The translations under genes and the position numbers were made by a program. From Escherichia coli (GTDB lineage Bacteria > Pseudomonadota > Gammaproteobacteria > Enterobacterales > Enterobacteriaceae): a stretch of 64,000 nucleotides of DNA. Positions 10,840-21,018 of the stretch are shown here, in pieces (the first letter of the stretch is position 1; every line of letters starts with the position of its first letter). Under the pieces are notes generated by a model that did no database searches, was not told where the DNA came from, and saw only the letters and a list, made by a program, of their open reading frames with translations. The stretch is taken from assembly GCF_003018115.1 (NCBI RefSeq), contig NZ_CP027457.1; one strand, given 5' to 3'.

Positions 10840-12377
10840 TGGCAATCACTAAATCAACTCCGGCACCATTAACCGGTGGGACGTTATGGTGCGTCACTAT
10901 TGCATTGTCATTAGCGACGTTTATGCAAATGTTGGATTCCACTATTTCTAACGTCGCAATACCGACAATATCTGGCTTTCTGGGAGCATCAACAGACGAA
11001 GGCACCTGGGTTATCACCTCGTTTGGCGTAGCAAATGCCATTGCGATCCCTGTTACCGGCAGGCTGGCACAAAGAATAGGCGAATTAAGGTTATTTTTAC
11101 TTTCAGTCACTTTTTTTTCGCTGTCTTCCTTAATGTGTAGTTTATCGACCAATCTTGATGTGCTGATATTTTTTAGAGTCGTTCAGGGGTTAATGGCAGG
11201 GCCGTTAATTCCACTGTCACAGAGTTTATTATTAAGGAATTATCCACCAGAAAAAAGAACATTTGCTCTGGCATTATGGTCAATGACCGTGATTATCGCT
11301 CCGATATGTGGGCCGATATTGGGCGGTTATATTTGTGATAACTTTAGCTGGGGTTGGATATTTTTAATCAATGTCCCTATGGGTATTATCGTCCTGACAT
11401 TATGCTTAACCTTACTTAAAGGAAGAGAAACTGAGACTTCACCGGTCAAAATGAATCTACCAGGACTGACCCTGTTAGTGCTCGGTGTTGGTGGCTTGCA
11501 AATTATGCTTGATAAAGGGCGCGATCTGGATTGGTTCAACTCGAGTACAATAATAATATTAACAGTAGTATCAGTTATTTCTCTGATCTCTTTAGTCATT
11601 TGGGAGTCGACCTCAGAGAACCCGATTCTTGATCTCAGTTTGTTTAAGTCCCGTAACTTCACTATTGGTATTGTGAGTATCACATGCGCGTATTTATTTT
11701 ACTCTGGAGCGATCGTCCTTATGCCGCAGTTACTCCAGGAAACGATGGGGTATAATGCGATATGGGCCGGACTTGCTTATGCGCCCATCGGCATCATGCC
11801 ACTATTAATTTCACCTTTGATAGGACGTTATGGCAACAAAATAGACATGCGGTTGTTAGTGACATTTAGTTTTTTGATGTATGCGGTTTGCTATTACTGG
11901 CGTTCTGTGACATTTATGCCAACGATTGATTTTACAGGCATCATTTTGCCACAGTTTTTCCAGGGATTCGCCGTTGCCTGTTTCTTTTTACCCTTAACAA
12001 CGATTTCGTTTTCAGGGTTGCCAGATAATAAATTTGCCAATGCCTCGAGTATGAGTAATTTTTTTCGTACCTTGTCAGGATCAGTTGGTACATCGTTGAC
12101 AATGACGCTGTGGGGGCGACGCGAATCGTTACACCATAGTCAGTTGACAGCAACCATCGATCAATTTAACCCTGTGTTTAATTCATCGTCACAAATTATG
12201 GATAAATACTATGGTTCGCTTTCAGGAGTTCTTAATGAAATTAATAATGAAATAACCCAGCAGTCACTTTCTATTTCTGCAAATGAGATTTTCCGTATGG
12301 CGGCTATTGCTTTTATCTTACTTACGGTTTTGGTTTGGTTTGCGAAACCGCCGTTTACAGCGAAAGGCGTTGGGTGA
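10839..12377 (+). CDS. emrY: MFS multidrug efflux pump EmrY (14-TMS, EmrB family)
   Basis: 512-aa hydrophobic ORF translationally coupled to emrK. Confidence 0.92.
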   Translation: MAITKSTPAPLTGGTLWCVTIALSLATFMQMLDSTISNVAIPTISGFLGASTDEGTWVITSFGVANAIAIPVTGRLAQRIGELRLFLLSVTFFSLSSLMCSLSTNLDVLIFFRVVQGLMAGPLIPLSQSLLLRNYPPEKRTFALALWSMTVIIAPICGPILGGYICDNFSWGWIFLINVPMGIIVLTLCLTLLKGRETETSPVKMNLPGLTLLVLGVGGLQIMLDKGRDLDWFNSSTIIILTVVSVISLISLVIWESTSENPILDLSLFKSRNFTIGIVSITCAYLFYSGAIVLMPQLLQETMGYNAIWAGLAYAPIGIMPLLISPLIGRYGNKIDMRLLVTFSFLMYAVCYYWRSVTFMPTIDFTGIILPQFFQGFAVACFFLPLTTISFSGLPDNKFANASSMSNFFRTLSGSVGTSLTMTLWGRRESLHHSQLTATIDQFNPVFNSSSQIMDKYYGSLSGVLNEINNEITQQSLSISANEIFRMAAIAFILLTVLVWFAKPPFTAKGVG

Positions 12378-12484
12378 TGGTTAAAGGAGGGGGTTATAGC
12401 GGGTAAGACCGGGGATCTTAAGTCTGTGCCATCGGCAGCATCGCTCACCCAGGGAAAGGATGGCGATGCTGAATTGAAAATTAA

Positions 12485-13813
12485 TTAGCGGCCTTTTGCC
12501 AGATATTGCTCCATCTCTTCTTCCGGCACCATTCCACCTCCCGTCGCCCACACCAGATGAGTGGCATTATGCAGTTGTTCTGCGCTGAAACCGTGCATCT
12601 GTTGGTAACTTACTGATGCACACACGCGCTGAGGTCCGGCCATACCCGCCAGTGCCGAAGGTTCAAGACGAATACCTTCTTCCTGCGCCAGCCAGCCAAG
12701 CATGTCATACATGGTTTGATCGCTAAGGGTATAGAAGCCATCCAGCAGACGCTCCATTGCCCGCCCGACAAAGCCTGATGCGCGACCAACAGCAAGGCCA
12801 TCCGCTGCGGTAAGGTTGTCGATACCAATATCCTGAACAGAAATCTGATCGTGTAATCCTGTATGGACGCCTAACAACATACAAGGGGAGTGCGTTGGTT
12901 CGGCAAAAAAGCAGTGAACATGATCGCCAAACGCCAGTTTAAGCCCGAATGCGACGCCACCAGGACCACCGCCAACACCACACGGCAGATAGACAAACAG
13001 AGGGTTATCAGCATCGACGATACGGCCTTGCTGGGCAAATTGCGCTTTAAGACGCTGGCCAGCGACGGAATACCCAAGGAACAACGTGCGGGAATTTTCG
13101 TCATCAATAAAGAAACAGTTCGGGTCAGACTGCGCTGCTTTACGTCCTTCCTCGACGGCAACACCATAATCTTGCTCATATTCCACGACCGTAACGCCAT
13201 GGCTGCGCAGTTTCGCTTTTTTCCATGCCCGGGCATCAGCAGACATATGCACTGTCACCTTAAAGCCAATGCGGGCGCTCATAATGCCGATTGATAACCC
13301 CAGATTTCCGGTTGAGCCCACAGCAATGCTGTATTGGCTAAAGAACTGTTTAAACTCCGGAGAAAGCAGTTTGCTGTAGTCATCATCAAGCGTCAGCAAC
13401 CCCGCTTCCAGAGCCAGTTTTTCTGCGTGTGCCAGGACTTCATAAATCCCGCCGCGTGCTTTTATGGAGCCGGAAATGGGCAAATGGCTATCTTTTTTCA
13501 GTAACAGTTGCCCGCTGATTGGTTGTTGATATTCCTTTTCCAGCCGTTTTTGCATAGCCGGAATGGCAACCAGTTCTGATTCAATAATCCCCCCAGTGGC
13601 AGCAGTTTCAGGAAATGCTTTTGCCAGATAGGGTGCAAAACGGGATAAGCGCGCATGGGCGTCCTGAACATCCTGTTCGGTCAGGCCAACATAAGGTAAA
13701 CCTTCAGCCAATGAGGTCGTGCCAGGATTAAACCAGGTGGTTTCTTTAAGAGCAACCAGATCCTTTACCAACGGATACTGGGCGATGAGCGAGTTCATTT
13801 TAGCGTTTTCCAT
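12485..13813 (-). CDS. dsdA: D-serine ammonia-lyase (PLP-dependent)
   Basis: 442-aa [19 protein letters not shown]...; PLP lysine motif SGSIKARGG. Confidence 0.95.
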   Translation of the reverse strand: MENAKMNSLIAQYPLVKDLVALKETTWFNPGTTSLAEGLPYVGLTEQDVQDAHARLSRFAPYLAKAFPETAATGGIIESELVAIPAMQKRLEKEYQQPISGQLLLKKDSHLPISGSIKARGGIYEVLAHAEKLALEAGLLTLDDDYSKLLSPEFKQFFSQYSIAVGSTGNLGLSIGIMSARIGFKVTVHMSADARAWKKAKLRSHGVTVVEYEQDYGVAVEEGRKAAQSDPNCFFIDDENSRTLFLGYSVAGQRLKAQFAQQGRIVDADNPLFVYLPCGVGGGPGGVAFGLKLAFGDHVHCFFAEPTHSPCMLLGVHTGLHDQISVQDIGIDNLTAADGLAVGRASGFVGRAMERLLDGFYTLSDQTMYDMLGWLAQEEGIRLEPSALAGMAGPQRVCASVSYQQMHGFSAEQLHNATHLVWATGGGMVPEEEMEQYLAKGR

Positions 13814-13830
13814 AGTACGTCTCTTTGCGC

Positions 13831-14061
13831 TTAGATGATAAATGACAGCAGGAATGTGCCCGCCAGAGCGACGACTGAAGCGATAAATGTCGCTGTCGTA
13901 TAGTATTTAAATGTTTCATTGAGCGTAGCGCCGCAATATTGCTTCACCAGCCAGAAAAGCGAGTCCATAACGATCGTGCAGCCAATCGCGCCTGAACCGA
14001 TAGCAATCGCAATAATTTCCGGGCTGATGTCGGGATACAGCGGCAGCACAATGATCCATAT
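13831..14061 (-). pseudogene. dsdX: 3-prime remnant of D-serine permease gene dsdX (about 75 C-terminal codons only)
   Basis: Hydrophobic GntP-like C-terminal segment directly upstream of dsdA; frame closed by TAA at 14062-14064; no upstream dsdX sequence and no dsdC. Confidence 0.75.
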
Positions 14062-14291
14062 TTATATTTTCTTCTCCAGGTTGGCGATGCCAGTTGGCAT
14101 GTTTTACTTACTTGCCTATATGGTTACTCGTTGGCGAGAACAGAGGCGGAATTTGGGACAATTGTCCGGCAATTATTGTTATTTTTTATTGTATTGCCGT
14201 GTCGGGTGATAGGGCGTTGAGAATTTCGTTGGATCTCGCCAGTGACGTCTGTTTCTGCTACAGTGCCCGTTTTACGGCAAACGGCTTGGGT

Positions 14292-15287
14292 ATGGCTTCA
14301 TTAAAGGATGTCGCACGCCTGGCGGGAGTGTCGATGATGACAGTCTCCCGGGTGATGCATAATGCAGAATCTGTGCGTCCTGCAACGCGTGACCGCGTAT
14401 TGCAGGCAATCCAGACCCTGAATTATGTTCCTGATCTTTCCGCCCGTAAGATGCGCGCTCAAGGACGTAAGCCGTCGACTCTCGCCGTGCTGGCGCAGGA
14501 CACGGCTACCACTCCTTTCTCTGTTGATATTCTGCTTGCCATTGAGCAAACCGCCAGCGAGTTCGGCTGGAATAGTTTTTTAATCAATATTTTTTCTGAA
14601 GATGACGCTGCCCGCGCGGCACGTCAGCTGCTTGCCCACCGTCCGGATGGCATTATCTATACTACAATGGGGCTGCGACATATCACGCTGCCTGAGTCTC
14701 TGTATGGTGAAAATATTGTATTGGCGAACTGTGTGGCGGATGACCCAGCGTTACCCAGTTATATCCCTGATGATTACACTGCACAATATGAATCAACACA
14801 GCATTTGCTCGCGGCGGGCTATCGTCAACCGTTATGCTTCTGGCTACCGGAAAGTGCGTTGGCAACAGGGTATCGTCGGCAGGGATTTGAGCAGGCCTGG
14901 CGTGATGCTGGACGAGATCTGGCTGAGGTGAAACAATTTCACATGGCAACAGGTGATGATCACTACACCGATCTCGCAAGTTTACTCAATGCCCACTTCA
15001 AATCGGGCAAACCAGATTTTGATGTTCTGATATGTGGTAACGATCGCGCAGCCTTTGTGGCTTATCAGGTTCTCCTGGCGAAGGGGGTACGTATCCCGCA
15101 GGATGTCGCCGTAATGGGCTTTGATAATCTGGTTGGCGTCGGGCATCTGTTTTTACCGCCGCTGACCACAATTCAGCTTCCACATGACATTATCGGGCGG
15201 GAAGCTGCATTGCATATTATTGAAGGTCGTGAAGGGGGAAGTGTGACGCGGATCCCTTGCCCGCTGTTGATCCGTTGTTCCACCTGA
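14292..15287 (+). CDS. cscR: LacI-family sucrose operon repressor CscR
   Basis: ORF-track frame 14094..15287; start placed at MASLKDVARLAGVSMMTVSRV (LacI-type HTH), C-terminal periplasmic-binding-like sugar domain; adjacent to cscA/K/B. Confidence 0.85.
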   Translation: MASLKDVARLAGVSMMTVSRVMHNAESVRPATRDRVLQAIQTLNYVPDLSARKMRAQGRKPSTLAVLAQDTATTPFSVDILLAIEQTASEFGWNSFLINIFSEDDAARAARQLLAHRPDGIIYTTMGLRHITLPESLYGENIVLANCVADDPALPSYIPDDYTAQYESTQHLLAAGYRQPLCFWLPESALATGYRRQGFEQAWRDAGRDLAEVKQFHMATGDDHYTDLASLLNAHFKSGKPDFDVLICGNDRAAFVAYQVLLAKGVRIPQDVAVMGFDNLVGVGHLFLPPLTTIQLPHDIIGREAALHIIEGREGGSVTRIPCPLLIRCST

Positions 15288-15294
15288 TATTATG

Positions 15295-16728
15295 CTAACC
15301 CAGTTGCCAGAGTGCCCCATGTTGCACCACAGCCACTCCGTGGGAGGCATAAAGCGACAGTTCCCGTTCTTCTGGCTGCGGATAGATTCGACTACTCATC
15401 ACCGCTTCCCCGTCGTTAATAAATACTTCCACGGATGATGTATCGATAAATATCCTTAGGGCGAGCGTGTCACGCTGCGGGAGGGGAATACTACGGTAGC
15501 CGTCTAAATTCTCGTGTGGGTAATACCGCCACAAAACAAGTCGCTCAGATTGGTTATCAATATACAGCCGCATTCCAGTGCCGAGCTGTAATCCGTAATG
15601 TTCGGCATCACTGTTCTTCAGCGCCCACTGCAACTGAATCTCAACTGCTTGCGCGTTTTCCTGCAAAACATATTTATTGCTGATTGTGCGGGGAGAGATA
15701 GATTGATGCTGCTGGCGTAACGACTCAGCTTCGTGTACCGGGCGTTGTAGGAGTTTGCCATTGCTCTCTGATAGCTCGCGCGCCAGCGTCATGCAGCCTG
15801 CCCAGCCTTCACGTTTTGAGGGCATTGGCGATTCCCACATATCCATCCAGCCGATAACAATACGCCGACCATCCTTCGCTACAAAGCTTTGTGGTGCATA
15901 AAAGTCATGCCCGTTATCAAGTTCAGTAAAATGCCCGGATTGTGCAAAAAGTCGTCCTGGCGACCACATTCCGGGTATTACGCCACTTTGAAAGCGATTT
16001 CGGTAACTGTATCCCTCGGCATTCATTCCCTGCGGGGAAAACATCAGATAATGCTGATCGCCAAGGCTGAAAAAGTCCGGACATTCCCACATATAGCTTT
16101 CACCCGCATCAGCGTGGGCCAGTACGCGATCGAAAGTCCATTCACGTAATGAACTGCCGCGATAAAGCAGGATCTGCCCCGTGTTGCCTTGGTCTTTCGC
16201 CCCGACTACCATCCACCATGAGTCGGCTTCACGCCACACTTTAGGATCGCGGAAGTGCATGATTCCTTCTGGTGGAGTGAGGATCACACCCTGTTTCTCG
16301 AAATGAATACCATCCCGACTGGTAGCCAGACATTGTACTTCGCGAATTGCATCGTCATTACCTGCACCATCGAGCCAGACGTGTCCGGTGTAGATAAGTG
16401 AGAGGACACCATTGTCATCGACAGCACTACCTGAAAAACACCCATCTTTGTCATTATCGTCTCCTGGCGCTAGCGCAATAGGCTCATGCTGCCAGTGGAT
16501 CATATCGTCGCTGGTGGCATGTCCCCAGTGCATTGGCCCCCAGTGTTCGCTCATTGGGTGATGCTGATAAAACGCGTGATAACGATCGTTAAACCAGATC
16601 AGGCCGTTTGGATCGTTCATCCACCCGGCAGGAGGCGCGAGGTGAAAATGGGGATAGAAAGTGTTACCCCGGTGCTCATGAAGTTTTGCTAGTGCGTTTT
16701 GCGCCGCATGCAATCGAGATTGCGTCAT
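15295..16728 (-). CDS. cscA: Sucrose-6-phosphate hydrolase / invertase CscA (GH32)
   Basis: GH32 motif WMNDPNG, RDP and EC motifs; ORF-track frame 15295..16737 with start likely at MTQSRLH. Confidence 0.9.
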   Translation of the reverse strand: MTQSRLHAAQNALAKLHEHRGNTFYPHFHLAPPAGWMNDPNGLIWFNDRYHAFYQHHPMSEHWGPMHWGHATSDDMIHWQHEPIALAPGDDNDKDGCFSGSAVDDNGVLSLIYTGHVWLDGAGNDDAIREVQCLATSRDGIHFEKQGVILTPPEGIMHFRDPKVWREADSWWMVVGAKDQGNTGQILLYRGSSLREWTFDRVLAHADAGESYMWECPDFFSLGDQHYLMFSPQGMNAEGYSYRNRFQSGVIPGMWSPGRLFAQSGHFTELDNGHDFYAPQSFVAKDGRRIVIGWMDMWESPMPSKREGWAGCMTLARELSESNGKLLQRPVHEAESLRQQHQSISPRTISNKYVLQENAQAVEIQLQWALKNSDAEHYGLQLGTGMRLYIDNQSERLVLWRYYPHENLDGYRSIPLPQRDTLALRIFIDTSSVEVFINDGEAVMSSRIYPQPEERELSLYASHGVAVVQHGALWQLG

Positions 16729-16762
16729 TTTAATCATCCTGGTTAAGCAAATTTGGTGAATT

Positions 16763-16774
16763 GTTAACGTTAAC
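16763..16774. promoter_or_regulatory. Putative CscR operator 1 (12-bp perfect palindrome GTTAACGTTAAC)
   Basis: Perfect palindrome with CG centre typical of LacI-family operators, in cscA/cscK divergent promoter region; identical second copy 64 bp away. Confidence 0.55.
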
Positions 16775-16807
16775 TTTTATAAAAATAAAGTCCCTTACTT
16801 TCATAAA

Positions 16808-16823
16808 TGCGATGAATATCACA
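16808..16823. promoter_or_regulatory. Putative CRP site between csc operators
   Basis: tgcga-N6-tcaca resembles CRP consensus TGTGA-N6-TCACA. Confidence 0.35.
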
Positions 16824-16826
16824 AAT

Positions 16827-16838
16827 GTTAACGTTAAC
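16827..16838. promoter_or_regulatory. Putative CscR operator 2 (GTTAACGTTAAC)
   Basis: Second identical palindrome, same flanking T..T, upstream of cscK. Confidence 0.55.
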
Positions 16839-16943
16839 TATGACATTTTGTGATCGAATATGCATGTTTTAGTAAATCCATGACGATTTTGCGAAAAAGA
16901 GGTTTATCACTATGCGTAAGTCAGATGAATTTAAGGGAAAAAA

Positions 16944-17858
16944 ATGTCAGCCAAAGTATGGGTTTTAGGGGATGCGGTAGTAGATCTCTTGCCAGAATCA
17001 GACGGGCGCCTACTGCCTTGTCCTGGCGGCGCGCCAGCTAACGTTGCGGTGGGAATCGCCAGATTAGGCGGAATAAGTGGGTTTATAGGTCGGGTCGGTG
17101 ATGATCCTTTTGGTGCGTTAATGCAAAGAACTCTGCTAACTGAGGGAGTCGATATCACGTATCTGAAGCAAGATGAATGGCACCGGACATCCACGGTGCT
17201 TGTCGATCTGAACGATCAAGGGGAACGTTCATTTACGTTTATGGTTCGCCCCAGTGCCGATCTTTTTTTAGAGACGACAGACTTGCCCTGCTGGCGACAT
17301 GGCGAATGGTTACATCTCTGTTCAATTGCGTTGTCTGCCGAGCCTTCGCGTACCAGCGCATTTACTGCGATGACGGCGATCCGGCATGCCGGAGGTTTTG
17401 TCAGCTTCGATCCCAATATTCGTGAAGATCTATGGCAAGACGAGCATTTGCTCCGCTTGTGTTTGCGGCAGGCGCTACAACTGGCGGATGTCGTCAAACT
17501 CTCGGAAGAAGAATGGCGACTAATCAGTGGAAAAACACAGAACGATCGGGATATATGCGCCCTGGCAAAAGAGTATGAGATCGCCATGCTGTTGGTGACT
17601 AAAGGTGCAGAAGGGGTGGTGGTCTGTTATCGAGGACAAGTTCACCATTTTGCTGGAATGTCTGTGAATTGTGTCGATAGCACGGGGGCGGGAGATGCGT
17701 TCGTTGCCGGGTTACTCACAGGTCTGTCCTCTACGGGATTATCTACAGATGAGAGAGAAATGCGACGAATTATCGATCTCGCTCAACGTTGCGGAGCGCT
17801 TGCAGTAACGGCGAAAGGGGCAATGACAGCGCTGCCATGTCGACAAGAACTGGAATAG
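16944..17858 (+). CDS. cscK: Fructokinase CscK (PfkB/ribokinase family)
   Basis: 304-aa ORF with PfkB signature DSTGAGDAF; between cscA and cscB. Confidence 0.88.
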   Translation: MSAKVWVLGDAVVDLLPESDGRLLPCPGGAPANVAVGIARLGGISGFIGRVGDDPFGALMQRTLLTEGVDITYLKQDEWHRTSTVLVDLNDQGERSFTFMVRPSADLFLETTDLPCWRHGEWLHLCSIALSAEPSRTSAFTAMTAIRHAGGFVSFDPNIREDLWQDEHLLRLCLRQALQLADVVKLSEEEWRLISGKTQNDRDICALAKEYEIAMLLVTKGAEGVVVCYRGQVHHFAGMSVNCVDSTGAGDAFVAGLLTGLSSTGLSTDEREMRRIIDLAQRCGALAVTAKGAMTALPCRQELE

Positions 17859-17929
17859 TGAGAAGTAAACGGCGAAGTCGCTCTTATCTCTAAATAGGAC
17901 GTGAATTTTTTAACGACAGGCAGGTAATT

Positions 17930-19177
17930 ATGGCACTGAATATCCCATTCAGAAATGCGTACTATCGTTTTGCATCCAGTTACTCATTTCTCTTTTTTAT
18001 TTCCTGGTCGCTGTGGTGGTCGTTATACGCTATTTGGCTGAAAGGACATCTAGGGTTGACAGGGACGGAATTAGGTACACTTTATTCGGTCAACCAGTTT
18101 ACCAGCATTCTATTTATGATGTTCTACGGCATCGTTCAGGATAAACTCGGTCTGAAGAAACCACTCATCTGGTGTATGAGTTTCATCCTGGTCTTGACCG
18201 GACCGTTTATGATTTACGTTTATGAACCGTTACTGCAAAGCAATTTTTCTGTAGGTCTAATTCTGGGGGCGCTCTTTTTTGGCTTGGGGTATCTGGCGGG
18301 ATGCGGTTTGCTTGACAGCTTCACCGAAAAAATGGCGCGAAATTTTCATTTCGAATATGGAACAGCGCGCGCCTGGGGATCTTTTGGCTATGCTATTGGC
18401 GCGTTCTTTGCCGGCATATTTTTTAGTATCAATCCCCATATCAACTTCTGGTTGGTCTCGCTATTTGGCGCTGTATTTATGATGATCAACATGCGTTTTA
18501 AAGATAAGGATCACCAGTGCGTAGCGGCGGATGCGGGAGGGGTAAAAAAAGAGGATTTTATCGCAGTTTTCAAGGATCGAAACTTCTGGGTTTTCGTCAT
18601 ATTTATTGTGGGGACGTGGTCTTTCTATAACATTTTTGATCAACAACTTTTTCCTGTCTTTTATGCAGGTTTATTCGAATCACACGATGTAGGAACGCGC
18701 CTGTATGGTTATCTCAACTCATTCCAGGTGGTACTCGAAGCAGTGTGCATGGCGATTATTCCTTTCTTTGTGAATCGGGTAGGGCCAAAAAATGCATTAC
18801 TTATCGGTGTTGTGATTATGGCGTTGCGTATCCTTTCCTGCGCGCTGTTCGTTAACCCCTGGATTATTTCATTAGTGAAGCTGTTACATGCCATTGAGGT
18901 TCCACTTTGTGTCATATCCGTCTTCAAATACAGCGTGGCAAACTTTGATAAGCGCCTGTCGTCGACGATCTTTCTGATTGGTTTTCAAATTGCCAGTTCG
19001 CTTGGGATTGTGCTGCTTTCAACGCCGACTGGGATACTCTTTGACCACGCAGGCTACCAGACAGTTTTCTTCGCAATTTCGGGTATTGTCTGCCTGATGT
19101 TGCTATTTGGCATTTTCTTCCTGAGTAAAAAACGCGAGCAAATAGTTATGGAAACGCCTGTACCTTCAGCAATATAG
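17930..19177 (+). CDS. cscB: Sucrose:H+ symporter CscB (MFS, oligosaccharide:H+ symporter family)
   Basis: 415-aa 12-TMS ORF MALNIPFRNAYYRFASSYSF...; LacY-like. Confidence 0.9.
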   Translation: MALNIPFRNAYYRFASSYSFLFFISWSLWWSLYAIWLKGHLGLTGTELGTLYSVNQFTSILFMMFYGIVQDKLGLKKPLIWCMSFILVLTGPFMIYVYEPLLQSNFSVGLILGALFFGLGYLAGCGLLDSFTEKMARNFHFEYGTARAWGSFGYAIGAFFAGIFFSINPHINFWLVSLFGAVFMMINMRFKDKDHQCVAADAGGVKKEDFIAVFKDRNFWVFVIFIVGTWSFYNIFDQQLFPVFYAGLFESHDVGTRLYGYLNSFQVVLEAVCMAIIPFFVNRVGPKNALLIGVVIMALRILSCALFVNPWIISLVKLLHAIEVPLCVISVFKYSVANFDKRLSSTIFLIGFQIASSLGIVLLSTPTGILFDHAGYQTVFFAISGIVCLMLLFGIFFLSKKREQIVMETPVPSAI

Positions 19178-19185
19178 ACGTAAAC

Positions 19186-19230
19186 TTTTTCCGGTTGTTG
19201 TCGATATCTCCATATCCCTCAACCGGAAAA
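19186..19230 (+). terminator. Long inverted repeat downstream of cscB (possible terminator or island/IS junction structure)
   Basis: 11-bp stem ttttccggttg / caaccggaaaa with a 22-nt loop; no clean U-run. Confidence 0.35.
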
Positions 19231-19239
19231 TAATAATAG

Positions 19240-19420
19240 TAAAATGCTTAGCCCTGGTGACTGCTCCCCGCCCTGTCGGGCGAGGCTTCCCACTTCTTAA
19301 GCTGCAACCGTCTGTGTGACGGATTTACGCTGGCCTCCATGGGCAGAAACGACGAGTCCCGCCGCTTGTAATTCCAGTATGCCCTTGCGTTTGATGTTGA
19401 GCGCCGCGTTGATATCGCGG
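19240..19420 (-). ncRNA. Putative TnpB-associated omega RNA (reRNA) at tnpB 3-prime end and IS right end
   Basis: Inferred from the architecture of IS200/IS605 TnpB systems; subterminal hairpin ccccgccc-tgtc-gggcgagg at 19266-19285, 12 nt past the tnpB stop; exact boundaries not determinable by eye. Confidence 0.3.
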
Positions 19421-20466
19421 TCATGTTCAACTCCACACTCTGGACACTGCCAGATGCGCTTATGTAATGGCATCTCCGACATTTTGTGACCGCAGCAGTG
19501 GCAGATTTTCGAACTGGCGAACCATTGATCCAGTTTCACCAGATGCACACCTTTCTCTGTTGCTTTGTATTCCAGTTTTGTGATGAATCCAGACCATCCA
19601 GCATCGCCTATCGCACGAGCCAGATGGTGATTTTTCATCATATTTGCCGTTTTCAATGTCTCGACAATTACCGCTTGGTTTTCGTCAACAATTGCGCGAG
19701 ATAACTTGTGCTGGAAATCGGCACGGGCACTGGCTACCCGTTCGTGAACGGCTGCAAGTTGTATTCTGGCTTTGCGCCTGTTTGCGCTCCCTTTTTTCTT
19801 ACGGGACAGTGCTTTCTGCTTCCGGCGAAGGTTGCGACTTGCATTGATTAGGTGGCGGGGACTGGCAATTTTATTGCCGTCCGATTTGATGACAAAATGC
19901 GCCAGCCCCATATCCAGCCCTGTCACATTTGATATCAGTGCGGGCTTTGCCGGCGCTTCCATCCCGTCGTCACAGAGTAACGACGCGTAGTATTTCCCGG
20001 TTGCGCTGCGGCTCAACGTGATACTTTTCAGCATTCCCGTAATTTCACGATGTAAACGCGCTTCAATCGGCAAGATTTTCGGTATTTTTATCGCACCATC
20101 AAGGACTTTTATGCCAACACAATGATAGCTCGATTGTCTGCCGTGTTTACTTTTAAAGGTAGGTTTACCTGCTTTCAGTTTCGGATTGAAAAAGTTAGAA
20201 AAAGCCACGTCGAGGTTAATTACCGCCTGCTGCAACGCAATAGAATCATATTCTTTAAGCCATCCATACCGGCGGGATTTCTTCGCCACTGCAAGCAGTG
20301 GTTTGAGGTCTTTACGCGGGTTTAAATTTACGCGGTGCCGCTGGTAAGAATGTTTCTTGATATGCAGAGCTTTGTTGTACGCAAAACGCACTGCACCGAA
20401 CTGGGCGTTGATAAATTCAGCCTGTTCTGGTGTCGGGTAGATGCGTACTTTTGTTGCTCTTAACAT
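19297..20466 (-). CDS. tnpB: TnpB (OrfB) RNA-guided endonuclease-like protein, RuvC-like with zinc finger
   Basis: 389-aa ORF; RuvC-I GLDMGL, RuvC-II VIVETLK, Zn finger CHCCGHK..CPECG, RuvC-III HDRDINAALNI. Confidence 0.9.
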   Translation of the reverse strand: MLRATKVRIYPTPEQAEFINAQFGAVRFAYNKALHIKKHSYQRHRVNLNPRKDLKPLLAVAKKSRRYGWLKEYDSIALQQAVINLDVAFSNFFNPKLKAGKPTFKSKHGRQSSYHCVGIKVLDGAIKIPKILPIEARLHREITGMLKSITLSRSATGKYYASLLCDDGMEAPAKPALISNVTGLDMGLAHFVIKSDGNKIASPRHLINASRNLRRKQKALSRKKKGSANRRKARIQLAAVHERVASARADFQHKLSRAIVDENQAVIVETLKTANMMKNHHLARAIGDAGWSGFITKLEYKATEKGVHLVKLDQWFASSKICHCCGHKMSEMPLHKRIWQCPECGVEHDRDINAALNIKRKGILELQAAGLVVSAHGGQRKSVTQTVAA

Positions 20467-20522
20467 AATCAGCGCTCATTGATATAATTCTTTTATTTTA
20501 ACGCTTTAGGTGAATATATCAA

Positions 20523-20948
20523 TTGAGTAATCATGATGATTTACTGGCGGGATTTCTCCGCAAACGACACAGTGTCAGTAAGCTGGTTGTGCACCTTATT
20601 TTTACGACAAAGTATCGACGCAAACTATTCGACAGTCAGATGATCGCTCAGTTGCGTGAGGCTTTTGGCTCCGCTGCGGCAAAGCTTGAATGCGAAATTA
20701 TTGAGATGGACGGGGAGCCAGACCATGTACACCTGCTGGTTGCCTACCCGCCAAAACTGGCGGTCAGTGTGATGGTCAATAATTTAAAATCGGTATCATC
20801 ACGTTTGCTACGCCAGCAGAACGCGCATTTACGTATGCAGAGTAAAACGGGGCTTTTGTGGTCGAGATCGTACTTTGTCTGTAGCACCGGAGGGGCAACG
20901 ATTGAAACGCTCAGAGCCTACGTTCAGAGTCAGTCAACACCTGATTGA
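20523..20948 (+). CDS. tnpA: IS200-type Y1 (HUH) transposase TnpA
   Basis: HUH motif HVHLL and catalytic Tyr region SYFVCSTGGA; annotated frame begins at TTG so true start uncertain; hairpin terminator at 20954-20973. Confidence 0.85.
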   Translation: MSNHDDLLAGFLRKRHSVSKLVVHLIFTTKYRRKLFDSQMIAQLREAFGSAAAKLECEIIEMDGEPDHVHLLVAYPPKLAVSVMVNNLKSVSSRLLRQQNAHLRMQSKTGLLWSRSYFVCSTGGATIETLRAYVQSQSTPD

Positions 20949-21018
20949 TCTTTAAAGCCCTGCGGGCTTTTCGCCTTATATCCCCGCCCGCATTGGGCGA
21001 GGGTTTACGGCGTTTTTC

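Noticed and set aside
13919-14209. 96-aa plus-strand ORF spanning the dsdX remnant and junction
   Set aside because: Overlaps the dsdX remnant antisense; no RBS; composition unlike a real protein; likely chance ORF in junction DNA.
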